A DNA stretch of 64,000 nt, from the NCBI RefSeq assembly GCF_964204645.1, contig NC_134031.1:744001-808000 (forward strand), written 5' to 3'. This document shows positions 1 to 12,695 of this stretch, piece by piece. The notes under the pieces are model-generated. The model was not told the origin of the DNA. It did not search any database and saw only the letters and a list, made by a program, of their open reading frames with translations. The stretch's first letter is position 1. The number at the start of each line of letters is the position of its first letter. This stretch comes from Tubulanus polymorphus (lineage: Eukaryota > Animalia > Nemertea). Both the position numbers and the translations under genes were made by a program.

Positions 1-356
1 TTTGCCAAAGGGCAACTTTCTTTAGCGATTTCCCTTGAAAATCACCTTTATCAACCAGTCACCGGTTAAATGTTGAATGTAGCGAGACGATAGGTGTTCA
101 TTTACATTTGGGAAAATTGAAAAATCACCCATGAAATACTTTGTAAAACCTGGGAATTTTGAATTCATACAACTGTGGCAACCATGATTTATATTTGCAA
201 TTTTCTACTCATTCTACGTATTAAAATACCTAATTCATAACAAGGTTGTATCGAAAAATAGTGTGAGCATGCATAGTAGACTACTTAGATATGGAATATT
301 TCATCAAAAGATTTACATAATCTTTGAGCGATTTATGAATGAAGGAGTATTGAATA

Positions 357-509
357 CAATGGAACCTCGTCACAACAAACTACTGGTGTATAATGATTGA
401 TTGGTTAAACCTTGAATTTCAAATAGTAAAATATTGATAGTTTCATACTGAATAATTAACATATTTTTTAGTCCGCCAGTCAAGAGTTCGTTGTAACAAG
501 GTTCCACTT
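357..509. mobile_element. Degenerate Tc1/mariner-pogo-type MITE
   Basis: Left end TA|CAATGGAACCTCGTCACAACAAAC and right end GTTCGTTGTAACAAGGTTCCAC are inverted repeats; same family as 18237-18403. Confidence 0.6.
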
Positions 510-1513
510 TGTGGACATTACTGGCAAAACCATGACGCTAGAATATGTGTGTTTTTTACGTATCAGTAAATCTTTTCATGAATCACTGTTTTGTGATAGT
601 TGTATAAGGTGCATGCTTTTAGTTTCAATGATTATTGTACATTATAAATGATGAAATAAACTATTATTGTAAATGCGTTTTTATCCAATATCTTTTTTGA
701 AGAGGTTGATGATTTCTAGAAAACTTTACTTGCTAAGACTAGAACAAATTCGCCCAAAACGCCCGTTGCTTGTGGCCATACTGTATAGAAAATCCCACAA
801 TAATGACGAGAAAATAACGTTAAGTCCGAAAATGAAAGGTTGATTCAAAGGTTGATTCAAATGCAGCCCCTTGGGCTTGGCCCTGCTTTGTTTATTTCAT
901 CGTTTTTTCTACCATGAGTTTTCTTCGAATATATAATATTGACTTTTATCACTTGTGATGACTCTTTCTCATATTCGAGAAGTTTGAATTGGTCAGTGTG
1001 GTCGATTTATGAATTTGTAATGGTGAATCATTTTAGTCTGACACTAAACGCGGTATATCGTTCTCATGTTCGAGAATTTTGAATTGGTCACTGGTGGTCA
1101 GTGATGATCAATCTATGAACTTATTAAAGAAATTTGTGGTTTGAATAGAACAGCGATCAGTGATTGGCTGACTTGGCGAACTTGTCACACCCCGCACAAT
1201 TTAAAATGACTTGAAATATTATGGCTGCTGACTACCTTTATCTCCCGATAGCTGTCACCAAAAAAGCAATTCTGTTGTTTCATTAGCAATAAAAAGTGAT
1301 AAAGATCTTAATAGATCTCCAAAAAGTGGATGCATTAAGATCGTAGGTATATCGGCAGGATCCAACTCGAAAGCAATGGAAATATCGTTCTTTATAACGG
1401 CCACATTCGTTCAACGTCATGTTTTTTTCACTAAAAGTGACATTATGAAAGACCTTTACTGTATTTACAAAAGGATGGCGGCAGTTTCAGCCGTGTCCAG
1501 TCATAATTGTAGA

Positions 1514-1660
1514 ATCCTAACATGCTGGTCCTATATAGAGCATAAGCGGCGGCGAATATGTAAACTAACTGGACTGCAGGCTATTCCTAGTGCGGCATGC
1601 CAGTAATAAGTTAGTTCGCCGCTTATGCTTTATAAAGGGGCAGCACTAGACGGTTAGGAT
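1514..1660. mobile_element. Palindromic MITE-like element
   Basis: ATCCTAAC..TGCTGGTCCTATATAGAGCATAAGCGGCG is mirrored by CGCCGCTTATGCTTTATAAAGGGGCAGCA..GTTAGGAT. Confidence 0.55.
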
Positions 1661-1923
1661 TTCACCCAGATCGCTATTCTTACTGTGGCACGTGAATAAC
1701 AGAGGTTTACGTTATTTGACTGGTGACGGTAAAAATAATTCTACCCACGAAAGGTTTTCTCCACTCCTTTCTCAGAAAATCCTATTTCTATTTTCATGGT
1801 CATCGTCCTTTAAAAAGCATTCCCTGGATGTCGATTTAAATGACAAATGCCACATGATCTACATCTAGTTCTAGTTTAAGTTTCGTGATGAGCATTGCAA
1901 TGTTTTGACTTAATCCTTAATCA

Positions 1924-1994
1924 GGGCCCAGTTCCACAGTTGTATTTAAATGTTTAAACTCTGAATCAAATCTTAACTCGGAACTGCGGAACTG
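1924..1994. mobile_element. Short MITE of the CCAGTTCCACAGTT family
   Basis: Left GGGCCCCAGTTCCACAGTT, right AACTGCGGAACTG; related to 29187-29290. Confidence 0.5.
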
Positions 1995-2995
1995 TACACA
2001 CTGGCTCACAGTGTTCCATTTATGGTTATAATTTAGAGTCAAATGATCACTCACACATAGATCAGCGCCCTGCACCCTGGTATAACGTGGTCACTGAATC
2101 TCAATGACGACTCCGCATATTTACTTAAGACTGTGAATCGTGTTTGACACAATGAAAACCAATATATACAACAATAACAGTATTAATCTAATGATTGCCA
2201 ATATATAGATTAATATATTATATATCTGTGTGTGAGTACGTGCGTGTCTTAGCACCGGAAACCTCTACTTATAGTTCTTATTATACGCGTGTTCGTGTTA
2301 GAGATTGTCAGACGGATTTGACTGGCGTTTAACTGTTAGTTCACACACATCAATCACTGAGTTCATATCTGTTTGATTAATTCATTTAGCGAATTTAAAG
2401 TGCAAACAAAAATTGGAATCTGTAATATTTCGGGAGTGCATGTTTTCACTGAAAATCAGTGACAAATTTACAAGGAGTTCAAAACTACATCAACCGCGTA
2501 GGATACAAGACTTGAAACTTCAGCCTAGGAGCTTCGATCTGTGATTCGATGATTCGTTTTAATCAACTTTTAATAGCACTGGACCGCGAGTTAATAGGTA
2601 AATACGTGAGTTGACACCTAGTTCAAAATGAACACCGCCTTATGAGGATAGCCGAGGAACTTTTCACCAAACGTTAATCCAAGGATAGCTGTTAATTTTG
2701 TTTCGAAAACAGGCTACCGCGATCTGTGTACAGTACGCGTTCTGGAGCGCATTAGGAATCAGTTCGTATAGGGATAGAGAGAGTGAGAGAGTGAGTGAGT
2801 GAGTGGTGACGGAGAATGATAATCACTTCACACTCGTTATATAGATAGATATATCAATCCCGGGGACGACATAGAAACAGGCGGACGATCTCCCTCGTCT
2901 TACGAATATTCAACTTAACAATGTTTGAATGACGTGGAACGGCGTTTTTGAGATATTCCTCTAAAATGGATTAATTAAAAGTTATAAGATTTTAA

Positions 2996-5900
2996 ATGGA
3001 GAAGTCGGATTATCTACTGCGGCCTTGTTGCTGTTGGATTATAATCAAGTGTTTATTTGTGTTAGTTCTAACGGATTTAAACGTATCGTTTGGGTATCTT
3101 CATCGACCGGGGTAAGACTTATAAACATTTAATACCCGCTACAATGAATATCTTAATCAGTAACGATTTTGGGCTGAATATTTTTAATTTCAAATTTCAT
3201 CCATATTCGCGAAAATTAATCATTGACGAAAAAAGTCGTACGTAAAAATAACTATATATTCCGCGTGAAAAGAGATTTTCTAATTCAAAGTTTGATTTCA
3301 AAATCAAAAGGAACTTAGACGTTCAAAGTTAAATCTTTTTCGAGGATAAACTGCGGATTTTCTTTTCGCCTTGAATCAAAATTACGCACTAATAAATCTT
3401 CGTTGAGCGGATTTCAATCGACTTAATTTCGATCGAACGCCACGAAAACTCATTCAAATTTCCTGTAAATACCCGGATTAGAGTCATCTACCGACAGTGT
3501 CGTCATAGTAACGAGTCGCCCATTATTGGCCAAAAGGCGTACACCTGAAAATGTTGTATTTGACAGATAATTAGGACCTGATGATCTCAGACTCACGGAG
3601 GTCAAAAACCTCTTGATAAAACGCCCAACAATCAAGAAGCCTATACATCTCTGAGATAGATGCTAGTTATAATTAACCTGCCATTCGCAACTTGAAGAAA
3701 CCCTAAAAATGAAATTTTTCCGAGTCAAAATTCGATTAGACGATTCTCGTTTGAGATGTGATTTCCAAGAACTGTAGAATTTCTGTTGTTTCATTTCTTC
3801 CAGTCGACACGTCTGTTCTAATCCTCATGTCCGGATGGAAACAGTTAAAACTACTCAGTCTTATTGTAAACCGGTTTATTCTAGAGCGGTGTTCAGGTGT
3901 CCAAGTGGATTTGGCATGTGTAACACGATGAGGTAAATCCAGTTGAACAGTCGTTACTTCAGTTTAAAAGTAGTCACCAAAATGCTTAGTTTAGACTGGT
4001 CCTAAATTGTTAGTTTGTCTATAGAACCAAAATGAGTTAAGACTGGTCTGAAGTTGTTAGATTGTCTATAGCACCAAATTGATTTTAGACTGGTCTTCTT
4101 ACGTTTGCTTTTTGGATGGCAGCTAAAATAGTTTAAGACTGATTTATAGCTGTTGTCTCAGAAATATGTACCCAAAAAACTATAAATGAAAAATTTGCCT
4201 TCGTTGAGCTACTGTAGAAGAATCATCTTAATTCTTCGTGGAACTTTGCCTAACATCAAAATAATGAAAAAAGAATAGTTTGTGATAATTTTGCGTCATT
4301 TGTAGAGTGATGTACACAGTAGGTTACAGAGAACGGTATAATCTACAACCTGCTACAACGATGACGTATTACTGTTGTCCAGGCTGGTCGCAATATTCCC
4401 CTTCCAGTCAAGACTGTCTTAAACGTAGGTATTTTAGTGTCATTGAATTGAACGTGTTCATCGTTTTTGTTCTCTATTCGCTGGTAATGGTGGCTGATTC
4501 GGGCCACGGTTGACGAAGAAAAAACTAATTTCATTGCGTTTGTTTCCTCGCATTAACATTTGTTTTCTCGCTATAGAATTTGTTGTCAGATTTTTTTGTA
4601 CTCGAAAAAATTCGGCGTGACCCGAATCAGCCAACATATGCTGGTTCGACTCAAAGCATTTACCCTGTTTTTTTCGGAAAGGTCATTCGTAATTCTTTCC
4701 TCCAGCTCACAAATAGTCCTGTAATCATGTAACATCTAAAGAAGATTACACGCGCTCTCTGATCGGTGCAGTTACTGCTGAAACCCGCCTTTCTTCCAAT
4801 CATAGTCTGTATTTATCCTACAGAGAACACCGACACCAGTGTCTACCTACCCGTGGTGCCTCAGACCTTCGTGTGTGCGCTTCATCAATAAATGAAAATA
4901 AAAAATCCCTCGTTGAAAAAATATTATCAAAGTGAAGCTGTTTATGTTAAAGCTGTTTGTGAAACGGGTTGCGGTTTCATTCAGAAGCACGTATACACAT
5001 AAAATCAGGTCAATAACCCGAATAGCCACCTGAATCTTCGAGGACATTATTCATTATTCATTCCAAAATCGTGATTTCTATCAAAAAGTGTATTTTATTC
5101 CAATTATCCATAAAAAAGATATCTTCGATGCAAAGCTATGGGATATCTAAAAAATCGATCCGAAATCAGATGCATATAAACGCATTCTTCGGGGATCGAA
5201 CCTGCGGCCCGAGCAGATCATTTCGAGCCGAACGCGTGAACCACCAGACTACAGAACCGCGTGGTTGTGAAAGCTTGTGGTGACCAATATTACCTATTGT
5301 GACAGGTTCGGTGAATTCCTCGAATGCAATTTAATCTGAATATTTTCATTATTTTGTAGCTATTTGTGAAAGAGGCTGCAGGAAGGGTCGGTGTAAAGCT
5401 CCTAATGTATGTTCCTGTCGACAAGGCTGGCAGGGTAATAACTGCCAACAAGGTAACTACATCCATTATATATACTTGAAATATCGAAATGTTGTGCAAT
5501 TGTTACATTAAACCTAGGAAGACAGTTCAATCGAGGACAAAATGCTTAATAGGGACTTATCAGCTAATATACAAGCAATACTGTACTAACAGTGGGTCAT
5601 ATTCATAGACCTATCACGGTGATTGGATAAGTATATATTGTGAAGTGCCTCGGTGAAGTACCCAGTCCTGATAGACTGTCAAATGCTCGTGATAATAACC
5701 TCAAGTGTGGCCTCAAGTAATCGCTTGGACACGTCACGTAGGTTTTTGGATTTGGTCGAACACAATTATCGTAGTTTAAGAAAGTTGAGCGCGCTGGTTT
5801 AAAAGCTTTGAGAACATGGTATTCATCATTGTTAGTATGAATATTTCTACTGATTATAATTTTAGAATCAACGTCACATACATTTCGTAAATCTTTCGCT

Positions 5901-8444
5901 AATTTAAATTGTAGTTTACATAATAAATCAATATATAAAACTCTAGAAACATTTCGTTTTGAACGTGGCTATCCCTGGTGCAGACACGATATCTATTTCA
6001 TCTTCGGGGAAAGCCTCCACTTGTTATTCGATCTATAAAAACTCGATCTGTGCGTATAACATACATTCCTTGTTATATAATTAAGCGCTGATTTGATAAG
6101 TAATTTGCCTGCTGTAATTAATCAGTATATTTCTGTTATAATTACATGAGATCGTGTGATATATTTATTAGCCGTTCAGAAGTGACTAAAAATAAGCCGT
6201 ATGTACCGGTTATTCTATAAATGTGTGTTCAGTCAATCTGTACCTTTCAGTGCGAGTCATTCCGAACTAACAATAAAAATGATTCGTATTAACTAGAGAT
6301 TCACCAGGTCCACGCGGTTTGAATGTTTCTCGAGTTGTCAGAATCCACCGAAGATCGAACCGGTGGAAATATGATAAACTCCAATCGCAAATTATTTTAG
6401 AAAAGAGAAAAATCAACCCTACATGACTAAATTACCCTCTTAAAATGACGGTTAGCAACCTCTAAAATGGTTTATTCATAAAGTTTGTATGTCTATAAAC
6501 GATGGAAGGGGTGAGAATAACTTGATGGTTAACTTAGTGGCATCGTAGATGCGACTGAATTACAAGATCACCTTCTACCAAAGTACGTATCAAAAATCAC
6601 CGATAGAAATGCAGATTTTCCGTTGTGATTACAGATGTGGATGAATGTAGTGAGGAAAATGGAAACAAATTGTGCCATCAGAAATGTATGAATACAATCG
6701 GTAGTTTCCGGTGTGGCTGTTTTCCGGGTTTCACTTTGGATACCGACAAAAATCGCTGCACATGTAAGTGATTGGTTAAACTTGATAAATAAAATAGAAT
6801 CCTTCTTGGGGTGCCAGTCAACCCTACAGTGTTGTCTCCTCCTCAGCCAGGGTAAAGCTAAGTCTTCTTTTACTAGAATTTATATGAAAAACTCTTTTAT
6901 TTCCTTCTCATCTCGGTGAAATATAGAGAACAGTCCCAGTCGTATCGAGTATCTGACGAGAAATCTATAATGTGCTTCTTGTGTGGATAAGCATCAACAT
7001 TTACTAAACTCTTGAATTGAATTAAGTTTTTGTTGTGAAATCGATCTTACAAATAAAACATCTTTGTTTGAATGTAGTTTAAGCTATTTCAATCACAGAA
7101 ACAGATACGATTACAGTTTATTATTTGATGCTGGTTTTATTTATTTACTTACAAATATCTTCGTTTGAAAGCCGTTCACACGATCTGTATTAATGATAGA
7201 ATCAATGCTTTATTTCTATGATGTAAGTTTTATGTTACAGTCTGTTTACAATGTACAACTGAATACAAACATCTTGTGAAGAATCAAAGTTTACTTTACG
7301 ATAAACTCGATCACCTTCAACGAGAAAAGGTTAGCTATGAATGCAGTAGAACAGATAAACAACCGCAATCGGAAAATAACAGCGAATTTGGTTGTTTACA
7401 TTTCGAGCAGAATTGACAATTCTCTAGTCATCTTCACAGTAATAAGTTGAATTTACTTGAATACTCTGAAGATGAGCAGAAGTTTTAAAAATGGCTGTGA
7501 TAGAATTAAGTTGAAATGTTATTACTCGAAACGACAGAACTATATGCAAGCTGTATCTTCTGATTGTGAGTTTTCGACTCTGCTACCAGCCTCAGATGCG
7601 GATCCGAGAGGAGGGTTCACTCCTCCTAGAATTGTTGAGTTGCCCTGAAACTTTACGAGCAAATGAGGAATGTTAAAGCTGATACCTAAAAACAGCTTGT
7701 TTTCTGTGTTGAATTATAACGTTCTCCGATGAGCTTTCTTTGGGGATGGTGTTTTGATTATACGATGTGCCCTGTCTTGGGGGTGCTCCCCCTCCCTGAA
7801 TCAGGCCCTAGATCCACCGCCACTGAGCTTGCTATTACTAGAATGTAGACACTATCGATATTCCAAAATGTTGTGTCACATTTCACGATTCGTTGAATCA
7901 ATTGATTTCAGATCGATCTTCAACGGAATTTGACGCGGAAAATTCGAGGCTACGATATTCAAATGAAAACGACCTTTAACCGAGTTCAAAATATATTCAA
8001 CCAAACTCTACGGGATAATGTTGCTCGAATTAACCGCACTTTGCAAGAAAAAATACAGAATCTAAAGACGAAAATCAAACGGTTCGAGCGGCCGCCAGGC
8101 GACCTTGACATTCACCCCGAATCGAACGGTTTGAATAACGCGATTCTGGATAATCTTCAGAGGACCCCTGGCGGCAGGAATGTAAACGATGCACCAAAAC
8201 CGGACCCGTATCTGTTGGATTTGATCAAATCTCTAACTGTGAGAATATCAGCGCTGGAAGAGCGGTTAGAAACCTGTGAGTTTAACAATTTAATATTCTT
8301 TCATTTTTCTGGAACTCCAAATCCCAGGTTTTTTTTAATGTTATGTTTCTATTTTCTGATTTAGGTAAATGTGATCATCCATTAAAGAGACGAGTTTTGG
8401 GAGACGAAGATATACTGAAACACCGTGGTGATATTCTACCGTAA
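2996..8444 (+). CDS. EGFL7: EGF-like domain protein 7/8 homolog (signal peptide, EMI, EGF, calcium-binding EGF, coiled coil)
   Basis: Eight GT-AG exons with continuous frame: 2996-3111, 3804-3932, 4306-4424, 5360-5452, 6635-6763, 7241-7329, 7912-8275, 8365-8444. Hydrophobic leader; EMI (HRPGRHVC..SYCKPVY..YYCCPGW); EGF (PICERGCRKGRCKAPNVCSCRQGWQGNNC); cbEGF (DVDEC..CMNTIGSFRCGC); C-terminus SLTVRISALEERLETCKC matches the EGFL7/8 terminal motif. Confidence 0.88.
4493..4631. mobile_element. MITE in EGFL7 intron 3
   Basis: Terminal inverted repeats GCTGATTCGGGCCACG / CGTGACCCGAATCAGC. Confidence 0.55.
5181..5260 (-). mobile_element. tRNA-derived SINE head or tRNA pseudogene
   Basis: Minus strand has A-box-like TAGTCTGGTGG and B-box GGTTCGATCC at tRNA-like spacing; no intact acceptor stem. 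Confidence 0.5.
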
Positions 8445-8486
8445 TACGAGTTGTAGGTGGCGCCACATGTACTTGTGTAATCACAG

Positions 8487-8604
8487 GGGCCGGCCGGTTG
8501 AACAGTCATGGCTTAGACTTAAGACCAGTCTAAGACCATCTTAGTTCCACAGCCGATGTAACAACTTAAGACCAGCCTTAAGATTTAAGTTCCGAAGTCA
8601 CGAC
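8487..8604. mobile_element. Dispersed AAGACCAGTCTAAG MITE-like repeat family
   Basis: Related copies at about 3985-4140, 14430-14635, 41838-41975 and 49722-49950. Confidence 0.55.
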
Positions 8605-9441
8605 TCCTGAACCTAGTTCAATGTTATTCTAGTGTTAATTTCAACACTAGTCGCGTCGCAATCCAACCCGCGTCATCTGCAGAACCGATGGATTTAGAAC
8701 TCGGATTCAGGATGAGACAGTTTTAGTCTCCACCAGTAACACATGATCCAACTATAGTTTCTTCTCGCTTGAATCTGCTGCCATGTTTACTGAATTAATC
8801 TGTGGAAAAATAGTGAATGATGTGAAACCGATTTCTAAAATGTATGATTCGTTTTGTTTCGGGCATCGACTTTTGAAAATGATTGACAGAATTAAATCAT
8901 AAGATTATTTCTAAGTTGTTAGATTGTCTGCATTAGTTTATAGAGAGACTGGTCAGAATGTAAGCCTTGATCGTTTAACGGCGAGGCCTGGATAGTGAAA
9001 TGTATCAATTACCGGTGCAGCCATTTTTAACACAAGTCTAAAAACGCTTCCCTGGGAATTCTTTTTATCTATGTACGTTCACAGCCTGGCGACACACATT
9101 ATCACCATTTATCATTCAGGATTTAACTTGATAAATATTTTTGATACATAAAATTGAATACGAAATTTAGATACAAAATACTTTTAGCTTTGAACATATC
9201 ATCGATGTGTTCTATAAGCTTACACGTATCTGATTACCTATAATGTAACCTAGTTTAAATGATAGGTACTTGAAACCCTTCACACGTGCAGTTAATTTGA
9301 ATAAGCCAATGAGATGCATTAATGCAAATGAAACAGTTTTATTGACCACCATATTGTCCCGCGTAACATATAATCTATACTGAATACATACTTTTCCCTT
9401 GAAAACCCTTAAAAATAGAATACGAAATCATATATTTCCAA

Positions 9442-9870
9442 TGTAGAGAGAATCCCACAATTATAACGAAAAAGTCCGAAAATGAAACTTCGAGATAGTA
9501 GTTTATTTCAACGTTTCGACTATATCCTAATAGTCATCTTCAGGAATAATGAGATACTACAAAAATTATGAGATATATATACAATCCAGAGACAAAGAGA
9601 CTAATTCAAGTAATCAGAGATGATACAAACTAAAGGAACTAAACTTTCCTTTAGTTTGTATCATTGAGATAAGGTCGATGATACAATCCGTGATAGTCTC
9701 CAGTTGTAATTCTCCTACATACCGGTTATCTAAATTTCTCACGAAACAGTTATCTCCTTTGCTCGGTTCGTTCTCTCCGTCGCACTTCGGACATTTTCGG
9801 ACTTTTTCGTTATAATTGTGGGATTCTCTCTACATCGCGTCAACACGGAAATAGTGTTCTATCAATCGTG
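9442..9870 (+). mobile_element. Truncated Penelope-like retroelement with inverted terminal segment
   Basis: RT fragment VIVSSCNSPTYRLSKFLTKQLSPLLG at about 9690-9788; 9442-9484 is an inverted repeat of about 9792-9835; flanked by the 15-bp direct repeat ATCATATATTTCCAA (9427-9441 and 9871-9885). Confidence 0.8.
9500..9552 (-). ncRNA. Minimal Penelope-type hammerhead ribozyme motif
   Basis: Minus strand reads TTATTCCTGAAGA-T-GACTATTAGGATATAGTC-GAAACGTTGAAATAA: CUGANGA core, stem II GACTAT/ATAGTC, GAAAC, palindromic mini stem III. Confidence 0.65.
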
Positions 9871-10273
9871 ATCATATATTTCCAAATACCGAAACAAGGG
9901 TCTCATAACATGTATCCCAGCACCGGCAGTATCGAGCACAGGCGGCTCGTCATAAAGCTTGAAATCCAAAATTAAAACTTTCAGAAAGTATCCCGATAAC
10001 TTATTATTCTTTGATTTTAGATTCCCCGCCAACTGTGTCAAGCACGTGTGATACTGAGTTAGTTTAAATCAATATACATTCAACTACCCGTTATACCACT
10101 GCCCCCCCCCCCCCTTGATAAACCACCACGCCTCATGTCCCCATATTTTTCTGATTCATAAATATCTGTATTTTCCCTCGAAACTAGTCAAAATCCCCAG
10201 CCATACCACCATACCCTCAATACCAGCTAAATCATAAATCACCGATTTGGCTGGTAGTGTGCAGACGTTGACT

Positions 10274-11543
10274 TTATCTCCGTGTCGCACACACAGCTAA
10301 CATCCATCCTTTATCCAAGTCGTAATTATCATCATACACGGCCTTCTCCTTCGTACATTTCTCCACAGTGATACCGGGCATGTTTGTCGACAGAATGTGA
10401 CGTACGGCTTCGAATCGATCTTTCGCTTCTTGCCACGAACAATCGAACATACGAAAAGTGAGGACGCGATAAACCGTGTTGATCGAGTCGTCTTACGACC
10501 TGTTTTCTTCAGCACGGAACGCGCCAGACGCCCGAGTTTCCGATCCGTTTCGATGCCATCAAACACGGTCGCCGATTCTCCTCGTAGAGTGTAATGAAAC
10601 TCGTAATACTGACCACTAGTTAAACGCTCGTTTTTATTCGTGTGAAATGGTTCTTCGATTTTTCTGCGTACCGGGTATAAACCGCAGGCTGTGGCATCGT
10701 CTGCGAATTTGTTCGCCAGTTCCAGCGGGTTTTTCGTGCACACCAATGCGCACAGTAGCTGGTATTGCCTTTCAACGTCCGGCGGAAGTTCTACCAGAAT
10801 CATTTTACAAACATAATTGTCGTTTATCTCGGGAATTACTTAATTAAACAGTGAATAAACTAAGTTATAACTAGTTAATGCAGGACCCGGTTCCACAGTT
10901 CAGTACCCAGTTCCACAGGTCAGTACCCTTTTCTACTGATACAGGACCCGGTTCCACGTTCAGCGGCTCGGATCCACAGTTCAGTACCCGGTTCCACAGT
11001 TCAGTACCCAGTTCCACAGGTCAGTACCCGGTTGTACTGACACAGGACCCGGTTCCACGTTCAGCGGCTCGGATCCACAGTTCAGTACCCGGTTCCACAG
11101 TTCAGTACGCAGTTCCACAGGTCAGTACCCGGTTCTACTGACACAGGACCCGGTTCCACGTTCAGCGGCTCGGATCCACACTCGTAAAGTTTGAATCTAG
11201 AGTTATAATTAGTTCATATTCCAATCCTTTGATCCTAAATTCAAATTCTGAGTAAGAAATAGCTGTTTTACTGGATCCAGAGTTTCTGGAATGTGTTCCC
11301 TGATGAACGTCTCATCGCACGGCAGAGGGAGGATCCAGTGCCCGCCAGGTCGCTAGACACGGAGGATTATCTGAATTTAAGCTCAGAAGCATTTAATCTC
11401 ATGATTTGGGTAATGAAGTCTCGGGGGCCACACACATTTCATCGAAAAAAAACATCGGAATCGTACACGTCGACTCCGCTAGACGGAAAAGTTATTAAAG
11501 TTTAAACGCATTTAATGTGACCGACGCCCACATCGTAGCCCAT
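10274..11543 (-). pseudogene. Decayed, apparently intronless gene with RxKIE / YYEFH / YDxNxxLDxGW motifs
   Basis: ORF from 10803 (MILVELP..GLYPVRRKIE..GQYYEFHY..LARSVLK) continues after a one-base frameshift as DSINTVYRVLTFRMFDCSWQEAKDRFEAVRHIL..KEKAVYDDNYDLDKGWML (stop 10274-10276). The upstream part from ATG 11543 has several stops and is split by a satellite; its inclusion is less certain. Confidence 0.6.
10881..11180. repeat. Minisatellite of GGACCCGGTTCCACAGTTCAGTACC-type units
   Basis: About 20-bp subunits in a higher-order repeat; interrupts the minus-strand pseudogene. Confidence 0.9.
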
Positions 11544-11639
11544 GGCGTCGTTAGATTCTTTGATTCTGACTTGCCGGGGCACCGTGTGCGGGCCGAGAGG
11601 ATTGAAACGTCCGATCGACGGATTCGTCGGCGGTCGCCA

Positions 11640-11871
11640 CACCGGAAACGGACAACAAGAGACCTGCCGTCGTCCGATTCCGGTTGACGTGATATAGAGT
11701 AAACCCAAGATGGCTATGATGGAGATTGGCGTTTTAGAGCAGGATATTTTCAGCCAGAAATACAGAGCTCTGTTTTCTGGTACGATTCTGTTTTCCTGAC
11801 CAATAGCTAGTGTGAAGTATAGAGACTAGTCTCGGACGGCTGGACGGTGATTATTGGATTATTAGTAACTG
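11640..11871 (+). promoter_or_regulatory. Probable Roquin core promoter and first leader exon
   Basis: CpG-rich; TGACGT and YY1-like CAAGATGGC motifs; donor CTG|GTAAGT after 11871; acceptor TTTCAG ending 12582 upstream of ATG 12696. Confidence 0.55.
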
Positions 11872-12695
11872 GTAAGTAGTGATTCTCAACCGCCGGTTCA
11901 TCTGATCCAGAAACCAGTCCAAAAAGATGAAAATCCCTTTTTGTAATTCGCTTAAAAGTTCGAAAAAAGGTGTTTTAGCCTTTTTTACTCGACGATAAGT
12001 TCACCATACCGTATTGATAGACATAGGTTTGACTCTTGGGAAGAGGTTACTGGTAGTGGAAGGGTGTGTTAAATACCAAGTGAACCCTAAACTTCCGAGC
12101 GAGGGTAACACTAACTAAAAACCAATCGACCATGTCCAACCTAACCAGCACTCTGCAGCACTTGTATGCCACTTCTTTTATCATATTTTTTATGTTTTAT
12201 TTGAGGTTGCCCACTTAGTGACAGGGACAAGGTTAACAATCCTCTAAGGTTTTTTTAAGAAAAATTCAAATAGCCTCGGCTTCATCCGCAAAGGCATAGG
12301 CCTAACAATTTACAGAATTGAAATCTGTCACAAGCGATTCAAAACTTATGAGTGAATTTTTCAGCTGAAATTTACACTTCAACGTTTAGCGCCCACAGTT
12401 TAGAGAAAATATATTTTAAACGGATCGAGGCCTAGTATTAGACGCTAGTTATACTTGTAGGTCATTGAGAGTGGAAAGTTGCCTCCACTCTTCAACAACT
12501 GGTTTCTCCCCCCTCCCCCTCACCTGGTTTTCTCACATTTCGTTGTGAAACTAACACAGAGTTTTTTGTTTTTCTATTTCAGATTATATCAGTATATTGT
12601 TTATTGCTGGATGTTATACATACTACAACTATTGTTACATAGTGAATTTCAAAACATTTTGAAACATTGAAGAAGAACGTGTCATTTATTTTAAA

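Noticed and set aside
1-700. Possible 3' UTR of an upstream gene (AATAAA at 655)
   Set aside because: No coding exon in the window, so it cannot be assigned.
5181-5260. Functional tRNA genes (also 22546, 57897, 55060-55160)
   Set aside because: A/B boxes present but the acceptor and anticodon stems do not pair; treated as SINE or pseudo-tRNA.
7330-8364. miR-126-like intronic microRNA, as in vertebrate EGFL7
   Set aside because: No miR-126 mature sequence or convincing precursor hairpin seen in these introns.
10297-10470. C-terminal third of the 168-aa minus-strand ORF as real protein
   Set aside because: The alternative frame carries the motif-like sequence; this tail looks like frameshifted read-through.
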